Of a DNA stretch of 64,000 bases, positions 1 to 8,174 are shown piece after piece. This DNA comes from a virus. Position numbers and translations under genes: made by a program. How positions within the stretch are numbered: position 1 is the first letter of the stretch; every line of letters begins with the position of its first letter. Location: IMG/VR virus record IMGVR_UViG_3300027792_000011. One strand, given 5' to 3'. Below the pieces are notes generated by a model that made no database searches, was not told where the DNA came from, and was given only the letters and a program-made list of their open reading frames with translations.

Positions 1-73
1 CTTGTTTGCCGAAGCTCACGCGAAGCAGGGTCACTCCGCCTTCGGACTCGATCACAATAGAATAGTGTTCCAT
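1..73 (-). CDS. Partial CDS (N-terminal 24 aa, MEHYSIVIESEGGVTLLRVSFGKQ), possibly Csx3/Crn3-like
   Basis: ATG at 73-71 with an AGGAGGT RBS just upstream and a GGTATAAG promoter-like motif at 212-205. The frame stays open to the window edge. The Csx3 resemblance rests only on LLRVSFG. Confidence 0.45.
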   Translation of the reverse strand, partial: MEHYSIVIESEGGVTLLRVSFGKQ

Positions 74-276
74 TGGAACCTCCTTGATCTGGCACTGCCA
101 GGGAGTTGCCTAGTACTTCCCCAGAAAGTGCACCCGTCCCTTGTTTTATGGGTGGGACGTCAACCCGATCAACTAGGAACTTTATGTTCCCATTGATCAA
201 TCTTCTTATACCCTAGACGCTCATTGTTCTTTCAATCTGACAGAGAAAAATGCTGCTGTAGAGAGTCCTAGATCTG

Positions 277-284
277 GTTATAAG
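277..284 (+). promoter_or_regulatory. Phage promoter motif GTTATAAG
   Basis: The same octamer recurs upstream of many operon starts in the window. Confidence 0.65.
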
Positions 285-319
285 CATGGTGGAAGGGAAA
301 TCCTTTAGAGAGTGAGGAG

Positions 320-757
320 ATGATGGGGAAGAGAAAGTCGACTGACCTGCACAAATTGGTGCAGGAGCAACTGGAGAGCAAGAACCCCGAGTGCTATGGT
401 GCGTTCGACCAAGAGGACGCAACGTGCACGGAGGAATGTGCGAAGATGGAAGCCTGCCGTAGACTACGGGGGAAGTTGTTTTCTCCAACAAGGGGGTTGT
501 CGAGGAAAAGGGCTATCCAAGCATTCTGTTGGGAGTGCAATGGCGGTACGAGCCATGCACCAGACTGCAAGGACACGGCCTGTCCATTCTACGTCTTCAG
601 GAAGAAGAACGAGGGCACGCCTAATCTGTGGTGGACACAGGAGGCGAGCAAGTGGAACAGGCTGTCCCAGGAGGCTAGAGGGGTGATCAAGGTTATAGAG
701 TCCACCGAAGAGGTTGAGGTGGACGAGGAAGAAGAGGAAGAAGATGGAGACGATTAG
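320..757 (+). CDS. Cys-rich putative zinc-binding protein with acidic tail
   Basis: GAGGAG RBS; AIQAFCWEC..C...CPFYVFR motif typical of a small phage family. Confidence 0.7.
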   Translation: MMGKRKSTDLHKLVQEQLESKNPECYGAFDQEDATCTEECAKMEACRRLRGKLFSPTRGLSRKRAIQAFCWECNGGTSHAPDCKDTACPFYVFRKKNEGTPNLWWTQEASKWNRLSQEARGVIKVIESTEEVEVDEEEEEEDGDD

Positions 758-1283
758 GATGGAATGTGCGCTGCTAGAGATCCCAAACTTCAACGTGGCC
801 GACTACAGGGAGAACACCCTGCAGGCATTGAGACTGGGATTCGAGCAGCGTAAGGAGATGGATCCGTTTGCGGAGCTCGTGGTCTCAGTAGATCCACGAA
901 CAGGGGCACGAGAAGGAAGGCACTTCTCCTTGGTCCTGTCTCCTCACAGATTTGAAGACGAAAATGACAAGGACGCATTCGCAAGTATGATCCGTGCCGT
1001 CGCACAGACGTACAACGCCGTCGCTTACATGTTCCTGTCCGAAGCGTACATGGTGAAGCGTGAGGATGAGCTGGAGGCGCCACCAAGCGAGTGCAGTGAT
1101 CGGATTGAGGTACTCCAGATCATCTTCGAGTTTGAGGAGACTGGCATGGAGATGCACAGCGCCAAGATAGTGAGGGGTGATAAGGTCGAGCTCTCTGAGT
1201 GGACGAGCTACAAGACCGAGAAGGGATCTGGGTTCGGTGGCAGGTTCACGAACGTGCTGCCCAGGAGCAAGTACCTGCAATGA
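744..1283 (+). CDS. Hypothetical phage protein
   Basis: ORF overlapping both neighbours, with RBS. Confidence 0.7.
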   Translation: METIRMECALLEIPNFNVADYRENTLQALRLGFEQRKEMDPFAELVVSVDPRTGAREGRHFSLVLSPHRFEDENDKDAFASMIRAVAQTYNAVAYMFLSEAYMVKREDELEAPPSECSDRIEVLQIIFEFEETGMEMHSAKIVRGDKVELSEWTSYKTEKGSGFGGRFTNVLPRSKYLQ

Positions 1284-1552
1284 AGAAGGCGAAGAAGGAA
1301 GCTCGTATACAGAATGAGGTGATCTGGGCAGAAAGCGATGAGGAAGTTCCCAAGTACCGTGCCCACCTTCAATATGAGCACTGGATAGGGAAGCCGGACC
1401 CTTCAGGATTTGGGGACTACTATCTGATCAGTGACAGCATGAGCTGGCTGGAAAAAGAAGTAGCGTGGCGGGTAGAAAGAAGAGATAAGTTGCTGGGGTA
1501 CGAGATGAGATCAGAAGATGGGAAGTGGAAGAGGATCAGAAGTGAAAAATGA
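1280..1552 (+). CDS. Hypothetical protein (tandem paralog 1)
   Basis: ATGA coupling; PKYRAH..GDY..EV.WR..DK..GYE shared with the next ORF. Confidence 0.7.
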   Translation: MKKAKKEARIQNEVIWAESDEEVPKYRAHLQYEHWIGKPDPSGFGDYYLISDSMSWLEKEVAWRVERRDKLLGYEMRSEDGKWKRIRSEK

Positions 1553-1754
1553 GATCGAGCCTAAGTACCGAGCACATTTCCAGGCGAGTTACGGGGACTA
1601 CTTCGTCTACAGCCACTTCCTCGAGAGGCTAAAGTGGGAAGTAGGATGGCGGACGAAGATGAGAGGGGATAAGTTTATCGGATACGAGACAAGAAAGAAG
1701 AATAGGATATGGATCAAATTGAGTGAGGTAGATCACAGTGAAGCAGCAGAATAA
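1542..1754 (+). CDS. Hypothetical protein (tandem paralog 2)
   Basis: Clear similarity to the previous ORF. Confidence 0.65.
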   Translation: MKNEIEPKYRAHFQASYGDYFVYSHFLERLKWEVGWRTKMRGDKFIGYETRKKNRIWIKLSEVDHSEAAE

Positions 1755-3786
1755 ACCAATTCAGAAAGAGTTGATCAGAACTGAAATAAATCTTGATCAG
1801 ATTTTCCAAGAGGGTGGTATCCTCTCAAAATCTCGATCAGGATACAAACTGCGTCCAGGCCAGCTATCCATGGCCAAAGCAGTTGAAGAAGCGATCCGCA
1901 GAGGCCAAACACTCATGGCTGAGGGACCGACTGGAGTGGGCAAATCATTTGCCTACTTGATCCCGGCCATGTTGAGAATGGCTAACAAGACAGTTACTGA
2001 TGCAAAGCGAGTCGTAGTCGCCACGGCAAATATTGCTCTGCAGGATCAACTATGCGGAAAGGATGTTCCATATCTAGTTGCGACGCTGCCTGGATGCCAA
2101 GATCTTAGGTACATGGTCGTGAAGGGGAGGAACAACTATGCCTGCATGATGAAGTTGGGGGAGATCGAAGAGAAAAGAGAAGAGTCAAAGCACACTGAGA
2201 TCGCTTCAGCCTTTGACTCTGAAGGGAATCTGCTCATCGAACCGAAAGCAAAGGAAAAGGATGAGGAGGTCAAGGATGAGGACATCTTCGATCCTGAGAT
2301 TGGAGAGCTGATCGAATGGGCAGCGAAGTCCCCTACCGGTGACAAGAACGAGCTGAGCAAGATCTACAGGACGTGGAACTTGGTCAGTACCAGTAGCGAA
2401 GACTGTCTGGGATCGAAGTGTCCCTACAAGAGCGGATGCTTCGTGAACAGAGCGAGAAGGAAGATGATGGTGGTCCCGATCCTCATATCCAATTATCACT
2501 TCCTCCTCACCAAGCCTACCATTGCGGAGGATAGCATCCTCATCTGCGATGAGGCGCATGATCTCGCTGACATAGCGAGGAATGTGCTGGGCTGGGACAT
2601 CAGCCGATCATCATTCAGTCGAACACTCAGCTTCGTGAAGAAGCTTGACAATGGAGCTGCTGAGCGGATCAAGCAGCTCATCAACAACATGTGGATCGCT
2701 ATCGAGAGCAAGCTCGAAGATGGGAAGCATCCACATCTTCGGATCAGGAGTTGGAGTGACGATGTGGGGTTCTCTCTGGATCCCATAATCGAACTATTGA
2801 GCAAGGTCATCATCGATCACGACAAGGAGGGTGAAGAGGACATCAAAATGATCCGGGGGATCAAGATGTTGAACAACGCCCTGTCCAAGTTCGGTGAGCT
2901 GAAAGCGATCTCACCAGAAGACGGTAGAGTCTACTGGTTCGAGAGATCAGGTAAGTGGATAAACATTCACGCTGCCTACGTGGATGTGTCTGAGGCATTG
3001 AATAAGACACTCTACGAGAACGCTCGTAGTGTGATCATGACCTCGGCCACCATGACATCCGGTGGCAGCTTCGAGTTCATACGTGAAGACGTTGGACTTG
3101 AGGTTGATGGAGAGATAAGGGCACCAAGTCCATTCGACCTGAAGAGACAGGGAATGATCGTGGTGCCGAGAGATATGCCAGACATCCCCAAGTGGAACGA
3201 GCCTGCGAAGGTGAGGGAGTGGAACCGAAAGGCTGCTGAGTATGCAGTCCAGCTCATGAAGATCTGTGGTGGTAGGTGTCTCATGCTCTTCACCAGCTGG
3301 AGGAGCCTGGACGAGGTGCACGGTGTCGTCTCCAAGGAGGCGAGAGCTATGGGCATCCGTGTGCTGCACCAAAAGGATGCACCCAAGATGAAGCTGATCG
3401 AGCAATTCAAAGAGGACGAGACGTCGGTTCTCTTTGGTGTTGCTAGCTTCTGGCAGGGTATCGACGTACCAGGCAAGGCATTGTCTGGTCTGTTCATCGA
3501 CAAGATACCCTTCATGGTGCCGAACACCCCATTCAATGAGGCACTGAGCGAATTGATCGAGGAACGAGGCGGCAATTCGTTCATGGACCTATCCGTCCCT
3601 CGAGCTACCATTGCTTTGTGCCAAGGTGTTGGAAGACTGATACGTACCACGACAGATCGTGGTATCGTCGTCATCACTGACACCCGTCTCATCAACAAGA
3701 GATATGGTGAGACGATCGTACGTAGCCTTCCAGAATTCAAGAAGGTTCAGGACATGAGCAAAGCTGTTGGGTTCCTGGACTTGTAA
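1738..3786 (+). CDS. dinG: ATP-dependent DinG/YoaA-family (XPD-like, Fe-S) DNA helicase
   Basis: Q motif RPGQ, Walker A GPTGVGKS, ATANIALQDQL, KGRNNYAC plus a Cys cluster, DEAH, TSAT, FWQGID, QGVGRLIR. Confidence 0.93.
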   Translation: MKQQNKPIQKELIRTEINLDQIFQEGGILSKSRSGYKLRPGQLSMAKAVEEAIRRGQTLMAEGPTGVGKSFAYLIPAMLRMANKTVTDAKRVVVATANIALQDQLCGKDVPYLVATLPGCQDLRYMVVKGRNNYACMMKLGEIEEKREESKHTEIASAFDSEGNLLIEPKAKEKDEEVKDEDIFDPEIGELIEWAAKSPTGDKNELSKIYRTWNLVSTSSEDCLGSKCPYKSGCFVNRARRKMMVVPILISNYHFLLTKPTIAEDSILICDEAHDLADIARNVLGWDISRSSFSRTLSFVKKLDNGAAERIKQLINNMWIAIESKLEDGKHPHLRIRSWSDDVGFSLDPIIELLSKVIIDHDKEGEEDIKMIRGIKMLNNALSKFGELKAISPEDGRVYWFERSGKWINIHAAYVDVSEALNKTLYENARSVIMTSATMTSGGSFEFIREDVGLEVDGEIRAPSPFDLKRQGMIVVPRDMPDIPKWNEPAKVREWNRKAAEYAVQLMKICGGRCLMLFTSWRSLDEVHGVVSKEARAMGIRVLHQKDAPKMKLIEQFKEDETSVLFGVASFWQGIDVPGKALSGLFIDKIPFMVPNTPFNEALSELIEERGGNSFMDLSVPRATIALCQGVGRLIRTTTDRGIVVITDTRLINKRYGETIVRSLPEFKKVQDMSKAVGFLDL

Positions 3787-3823
3787 GTGTCATTTGAATG
3801 ATCGATACTACCCGCCAATCTTG

Positions 3824-3865
3824 GAGAGCGTGCCTCTGCACGTTCTCTTCTTAGATCGTTATAAG
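3824..3865 (+). promoter_or_regulatory. Inverted repeat plus TCTTAGATCGTTATAAG promoter motif
   Basis: GAGAGCGTG..CACGTTCTC followed by the motif also found at 6325-6341. Confidence 0.6.
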
Positions 3866-3913
3866 CCAATTGAGTAGATGCACTGTTACGTGCACACAAC
3901 AGAGGAGAGAAGA

Positions 3914-4165
3914 ATGGAGATCAGAAAGTTGACTGTGTGGTTGCAGAATGGACTCTGCTTCGTTGAAATGATCGACAACGCCAAATCAACCTCAAAGGAT
4001 GACGTATCGTTGATATTCACTACAGTAAGGAATGTCAGAGGTAGGACGGACATCGATCAAGAATGGAAGGAAACGGGACTTCTGACCGTTCGTATTGATC
4101 GGGTAGAGGCAATGTCGATTAGTGATCTTGCGGAACGCTCGAGTAGGAGAGAAGTAGATGAGTAG
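3914..4165 (+). CDS. Hypothetical protein
   Basis: GAGGAG RBS, downstream of the promoter motif. Confidence 0.65.
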   Translation: MEIRKLTVWLQNGLCFVEMIDNAKSTSKDDVSLIFTTVRNVRGRTDIDQEWKETGLLTVRIDRVEAMSISDLAERSSRREVDE

Positions 4166-5330
4166 GAAAGGACCGTACAACTATTTCCTAAAGGGTGATG
4201 AGAACAAGACCAAGGCAGCGTATACGCTATGGCTTCGCGTACCGTATACGGACTCCAAGTCCAAGGAGCCCCCGACAACCAAGATCGGCGAGATGGTGTT
4301 CATCGGTAAGGACGAAACTGGGAAGGATAAGTGGGTATGTGCTCGCGAGTTCTATGAAAAGTACGGGAGGAAGCACATAGAGGGCTCGAAGGATGATGTT
4401 GGCAAGGAGATGGTCCAGGCGTTTATTGGGGACGATCCCAACCTCAAGATGAAGTACACCAGACCGAACGAAGAGCCTCCCCCTAAGAAGATCGAACCCG
4501 GTCAACCTGAGACATTCCTTGATGCGTTGGATCGTATCAAGTTGGCTCTGATGAAGAGCACGGCCCAGGAGATAGATGAGGCGTTTGATTACCTAGCCGA
4601 CTACTACGATGATGATGTGGAGGATCAGTACGAAGATGTGAAGGCAGCTTGTCCGGGAGACGAACTGCAGAAAGAACAATTGGACAAGATCATTGGATCA
4701 GCAGCCATCGTCACCTGCTGCCAAATGCCGTCGGAGGTAGGTCCAGCTCAAGGCGAGGTGGTGAGCTCGAAGGAGAATAGGATCTCCGGCGAGGAGTCCA
4801 CATTCGACAAGTACATCTGGCCTGAGTACTCGTCTCACAAACTCGTACGCCAGGCTAGGAAGCGCTACAAGGAGGGATTCCTGGACAGCGAGGCACGTAC
4901 ACTCAGGAACAGGATTCTAATATGCGAAGAGGACAAGCCAGTTTTCTTCGCATACGTGGTCGGAGAGTCTGGGGACGATGAGATTCGGAATATGCTGCTC
5001 TCCTACAGGATCGACCTTGGGCCACAGTTCTACTACAAGCCCATGTACAAGTGGCGGATCATAGTTGACCGGCTCGGTTGGGAGACTGCTGATATGTTCA
5101 AAATCCCAATAGATCTCAATGGGAACTACTACACTCTCGATGAGGTGAAGCGCGAGATCGTAAGGATCAAATCGAGGGTGGTAGAGTGCGTCAACAGATG
5201 GGACGCTCCATACGTTGCCGATCTACTTATTAGGTTCCAGTCGGAACGGAGACCGTTCAGGTACGAGCATGTCGTAAAAGCCGCAGAAGAGTTGGGGAAG
5301 GAAACCTACTCTGTAGTGCTGGAGGCATAA
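4158..5330 (+). CDS. Hypothetical protein (390 aa)
   Basis: Long ORF with RBS; no recognisable motif. Confidence 0.8.
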   Translation: MSRKGPYNYFLKGDENKTKAAYTLWLRVPYTDSKSKEPPTTKIGEMVFIGKDETGKDKWVCAREFYEKYGRKHIEGSKDDVGKEMVQAFIGDDPNLKMKYTRPNEEPPPKKIEPGQPETFLDALDRIKLALMKSTAQEIDEAFDYLADYYDDDVEDQYEDVKAACPGDELQKEQLDKIIGSAAIVTCCQMPSEVGPAQGEVVSSKENRISGEESTFDKYIWPEYSSHKLVRQARKRYKEGFLDSEARTLRNRILICEEDKPVFFAYVVGESGDDEIRNMLLSYRIDLGPQFYYKPMYKWRIIVDRLGWETADMFKIPIDLNGNYYTLDEVKREIVRIKSRVVECVNRWDAPYVADLLIRFQSERRPFRYEHVVKAAEELGKETYSVVLEA

Positions 5331-5332
5331 TC

Positions 5333-5731
5333 ATGGGCAAGTCCAGGGCTAAACTAGAAGATTTGCGTAGTTCGATGAATATGATCAGAAGTAGACTCTG
5401 TGAGGCACTTGGAATCGCAGATACGGATCAATGGGATCTGATCATCGCTGAGGCGCGAAGCATACGCCATACACAGGTTGTAAGGACATACGCATCTCCA
5501 GCTTCGGATGTCAGGAGGGAGTATGTTCGGCTGGTGTCACTCGGTACCAACGTATGCTGTGAGGGAGTAGACTTCACTATGGTGGATGGTAAGCCTCACT
5601 TCATAGACATCACACTCCACGATGGTGCCACGATCCAAATGTGGCAATGGTCCCTCCTTCCATCCAGTATCGCTTTTCCAAGCTACAAGCGCTGGACAGT
5701 ACGAAACAATGATCTTGTTCTGATGGAGTAG
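5333..5731 (+). CDS. Hypothetical protein
   Basis: GGAGG RBS, operon continuation. Confidence 0.7.
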   Translation: MGKSRAKLEDLRSSMNMIRSRLCEALGIADTDQWDLIIAEARSIRHTQVVRTYASPASDVRREYVRLVSLGTNVCCEGVDFTMVDGKPHFIDITLHDGATIQMWQWSLLPSSIAFPSYKRWTVRNNDLVLME

Positions 5732-5754
5732 GTCCTGCCTTATTGATCTAAAAA

Positions 5755-5796
5755 CAAGAGAAACATGATCCGCATGTTTCTCTCTTAGATAGTTAT
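5755..5796 (+). repeat. Copy 1 of a ~41-bp promoter/operator direct repeat (AAACATG-N5-CATGTTT palindrome)
   Basis: Near-identical to 6298-6338. Confidence 0.75.
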
Positions 5797-5833
5797 GATC
5801 GTTTACAGCTAAAGGAAATTGCGCAGAAGTGCG

Positions 5834-6220
5834 CTAGGAGGATTTCTTCTGGTTGGCTTCTAGGTGCTGGGCTCTTTTGGCAAGCTTTCGCTGTAGCCCA
5901 GCGAGTTGGGTGCGGGCATCGTCCCTCTCTTTTCGGAGGGCGTCTCGTTCCACCCCGACGGAGAACAACTCTGCCTTGGTATCATTCAGCGCTTTCCTCA
6001 GCCCGTTCAGCTCGTGGATTTCTGGTTCCTTCTCGTTCCACTTCAGCAAGAAGGTACTTGCCATTCGCTCCTTCACCAGGGCATCAGACTTGTAGCATTT
6101 CTGCAGGATTTTCAGATCGTGCTTCAGCACCCTTATGGCGTCTACGGCTGGATGATCTGATGATCCTCGGTCGTCTTCCAGGGATATACGAAGTAGGCCA
6201 AAGAACCATTGAATACTCAT
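5834..6220 (-). CDS. Coiled-coil hypothetical protein
   Basis: GGAGGT RBS, GTGATAAG promoter variant at 6246-6239, heptad-like C-terminus. Confidence 0.7.
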   Translation of the reverse strand: MSIQWFFGLLRISLEDDRGSSDHPAVDAIRVLKHDLKILQKCYKSDALVKERMASTFLLKWNEKEPEIHELNGLRKALNDTKAELFSVGVERDALRKERDDARTQLAGLQRKLAKRAQHLEANQKKSS

Positions 6221-6297
6221 TCTTGCACCTCCAAATTTCTTATCACATCAAATTGATCTGGATTTTCAGGATCACTGCCAATATTGGATCAAAATAG

Positions 6298-6341
6298 CAA
6301 GAAAACATGATCTGCATGTTTTTTTCTTAGATCGTTATAAG
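6298..6341 (+). promoter_or_regulatory. Copy 2 of the repeat: palindromic operator plus GTTATAAG promoter of the Cas7-like operon
   Basis: AAACATGATCTGCATGTTT then TCTTAGATCGTTATAAG, 70 nt before the 6411 ATG. Confidence 0.7.
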
Positions 6342-6410
6342 TAGCACGGAGCCAAGATCAATAAAGCTACCCATGTCGGGAGCATCAGAGAAGGGCTCCA
6401 AGGAGCAGTT

Positions 6411-7262
6411 ATGCCGAAAGTAACGAAGAAACCAGCAGAGCAGCCAGTTGACGACACCACAGTAGCAGTTCCCCTCGAGGAGATTGAGCCTGCACGCAGA
6501 GAGCTACGCAGGGGAGAGAAGATCCACATCGAAGACATCTTCGAGGTGGCACTTCCGGTGTGGATCAAGGCGTGGCCGGGCACCCCTCTGGTGATGAATA
6601 ATTTGAAAGGCAAGAGCCACATTGGAGACATCCGAATGCGGCTCTGTGGATACAACACATCCAAGAAAGGAACCGTGCGGAACCCCTATGACGAGTACAT
6701 TGGCGCAATGTACATCGACGAGGAGGGTAGACACTGCTTCCCGACCCATGGGATCAAGTTGGCTATCTGTTCCGCACTCCAGTTCATACCGGAGATCCCG
6801 ATGACGATGGCGAGAGCCCGTCGTCTAATCAAGGTCAACGTTGGTCAGGAGCTCACTCCGCTGGAGTGGGAGCCTGTTGCAAACAAGCCTCCGCTGGTCT
6901 TCTCGGTTGCTGAGATGAAGCAGGAGGGGGCTGAGCTCAAGCCTGGTAAGGGGAAGAGGGCTACCGGCGTGTACTACACGGCAGCGGTGGCTGATGACAT
7001 GCCGGAGCTGCGAGAGGACGTCGTCCGCCTCATGGGCAAGACGAGAGCTCCAGATCTCAGGTACAGGCCCCAGTACAGGGATTGGAGCGCGAAGATCGTT
7101 GTGTCCTTCCCACCGAAGATCATCACCACGAAATCCGTCTTCAACCTGATCAACATCGCGGGGAAGTACATTGGTCTCTGCGAATGGAGGCCGGAGAAGG
7201 GCGGAGAGTGGGGGATGTTTAGAATTGACCAAGAGCGGACTGGGGCTGTGACCCTAGAGTAG
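6411..7262 (+). CDS. Cas7/RAMP-like RNA-binding protein (candidate Vipr-like effector)
   Basis: RAMP-like layout: N-terminal strand with GTPLVM, Y..EEG..CFP..GIK.AI helix, thumb ending RYRPQYRDW, C-terminal glycine-rich loop AGKYIGLCEWRPEKGGEWGMF. Directly followed by a repeat array. Confidence 0.75.
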   Translation: MPKVTKKPAEQPVDDTTVAVPLEEIEPARRELRRGEKIHIEDIFEVALPVWIKAWPGTPLVMNNLKGKSHIGDIRMRLCGYNTSKKGTVRNPYDEYIGAMYIDEEGRHCFPTHGIKLAICSALQFIPEIPMTMARARRLIKVNVGQELTPLEWEPVANKPPLVFSVAEMKQEGAELKPGKGKRATGVYYTAAVADDMPELREDVVRLMGKTRAPDLRYRPQYRDWSAKIVVSFPPKIITTKSVFNLINIAGKYIGLCEWRPEKGGEWGMFRIDQERTGAVTLE

Positions 7263-7667
7263 CCTCTTCGGAGGCGAAGTGAAGCGGCTGTAGCGAATGG
7301 GATTGGAAAGCCAGGTCCAGGCTGTAGTGGCAGGGATCGACATGGAGTACCGTGGCTGTACTGGAAAGCCAAGGCCATGACTGGAACGGATGGGATTGGT
7401 CGGGCTGAACAGGATAGAACGGCAAGCCATTGGAAGCAATTGGAGGGGCTGTACAGGCCAACAGAGGTTGGGAGGTGTATGGAGCTGAGCGGAGCGATCT
7501 GATCGGCTGTAGCGGAAAGAGATGGAGAGGTGAGCAAGGGCGGTCCCGGATTACTAGGGCAGACAGGGCAGTGATCTGGCTGCAATGGAAAGCCATCGAA
7601 AGAGGTGGTATGTCTGGGATGGCTCGTGATCCTGGGGATGAAGTAATCTCTCCCCAGGATCGTTTTT
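7252..7667 (+). ncRNA. Pentamer-periodic candidate guide-RNA array 1 (leader hairpin, ~8 units, terminator)
   Basis: GGCTG(T/A/C)A anchors at 7286, 7320, 7354, 7403, 7447, 7505, 7539 (degenerate) and 7578. Spacings 34, 34, 49, 44, 58, 34, 39 are mostly 9+5n. The interior consists of 5-mers mostly starting with G/GG. Confidence 0.8.
7628..7667 (+). terminator. Intrinsic terminator closing array 1
   Basis: GATCCTGGGGA / TCCCCAGGATC stem followed by GTTTTT. Confidence 0.8.
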
Positions 7668-7685
7668 GACAAGAAAGGAGCTGCG

Positions 7686-8174
7686 ATGGCCAGAAATAGG
7701 AGGAAGTTCGCTTGGCGAACTCCTCACTTCTATCAAGGGATCGATCCTGACGAGGTAGCCAGGGAGCTCGAGGACATCAAAGAAGAGAACGGCTTGCTCA
7801 CACCATCGCTCGTGGTTGAGCGAGCACGCGATTCTATGTCGGCGCTCCACGCCTGCTTCGAGTGGAATGATACGACGGCTGCGGAGAAGTACCGGCTCCA
7901 GCAGGCAAGGACGTTGATCCTGAACGTCCAAGTGATCGTCAAACACTCTGAGCCACAGATCTTCCTAGTTCAGATCGAGAACAAGGAAGGGAAGAAGACC
8001 TATGAGGATGTTGAGCTGGTGACTGAAGAGGCGGCCTGCCTCGTCATGGCCAATGCCCTCAAAGATCTGAAGGCGTGGATGAAGAGATACAACGAGCTGA
8101 AAGATAGGTTACCTCTGAGCAAAGTCTTCAGCGCTGTCGATGAGGCGTTGAGGCAGACTGGGGCACAGCCCTAG
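7686..8174 (+). CDS. Conserved phage protein; accessory to the Cas7-like/array locus
   Basis: AAAGGAG RBS; LTP..VVE.AR...S.LH..FEW.D..AAEKYRL.QAR.LI motif; lies between the two arrays. Confidence 0.8.
   Translation: MARNRRKFAWRTPHFYQGIDPDEVARELEDIKEENGLLTPSLVVERARDSMSALHACFEWNDTTAAEKYRLQQARTLILNVQVIVKHSEPQIFLVQIENKEGKKTYEDVELVTEEAACLVMANALKDLKAWMKRYNELKDRLPLSKVFSAVDEALRQTGAQP

Noticed and set aside
2-196. + strand 64-aa ORF at the window start
   Set aside because: The RBS and promoter motif support the minus-strand gene starting at 73 instead
6974-7672. Minus-strand ORFs over array 1 (232, 125 and 61 aa) and the + ORF 7430-7669
   Set aside because: Low-complexity Pro/Ser/Leu translations with recurring LQP/YS come from the GGCTGTA repeat. 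They lack a convincing RBS, and 5-nt periodicity fits poorly with codon structure.
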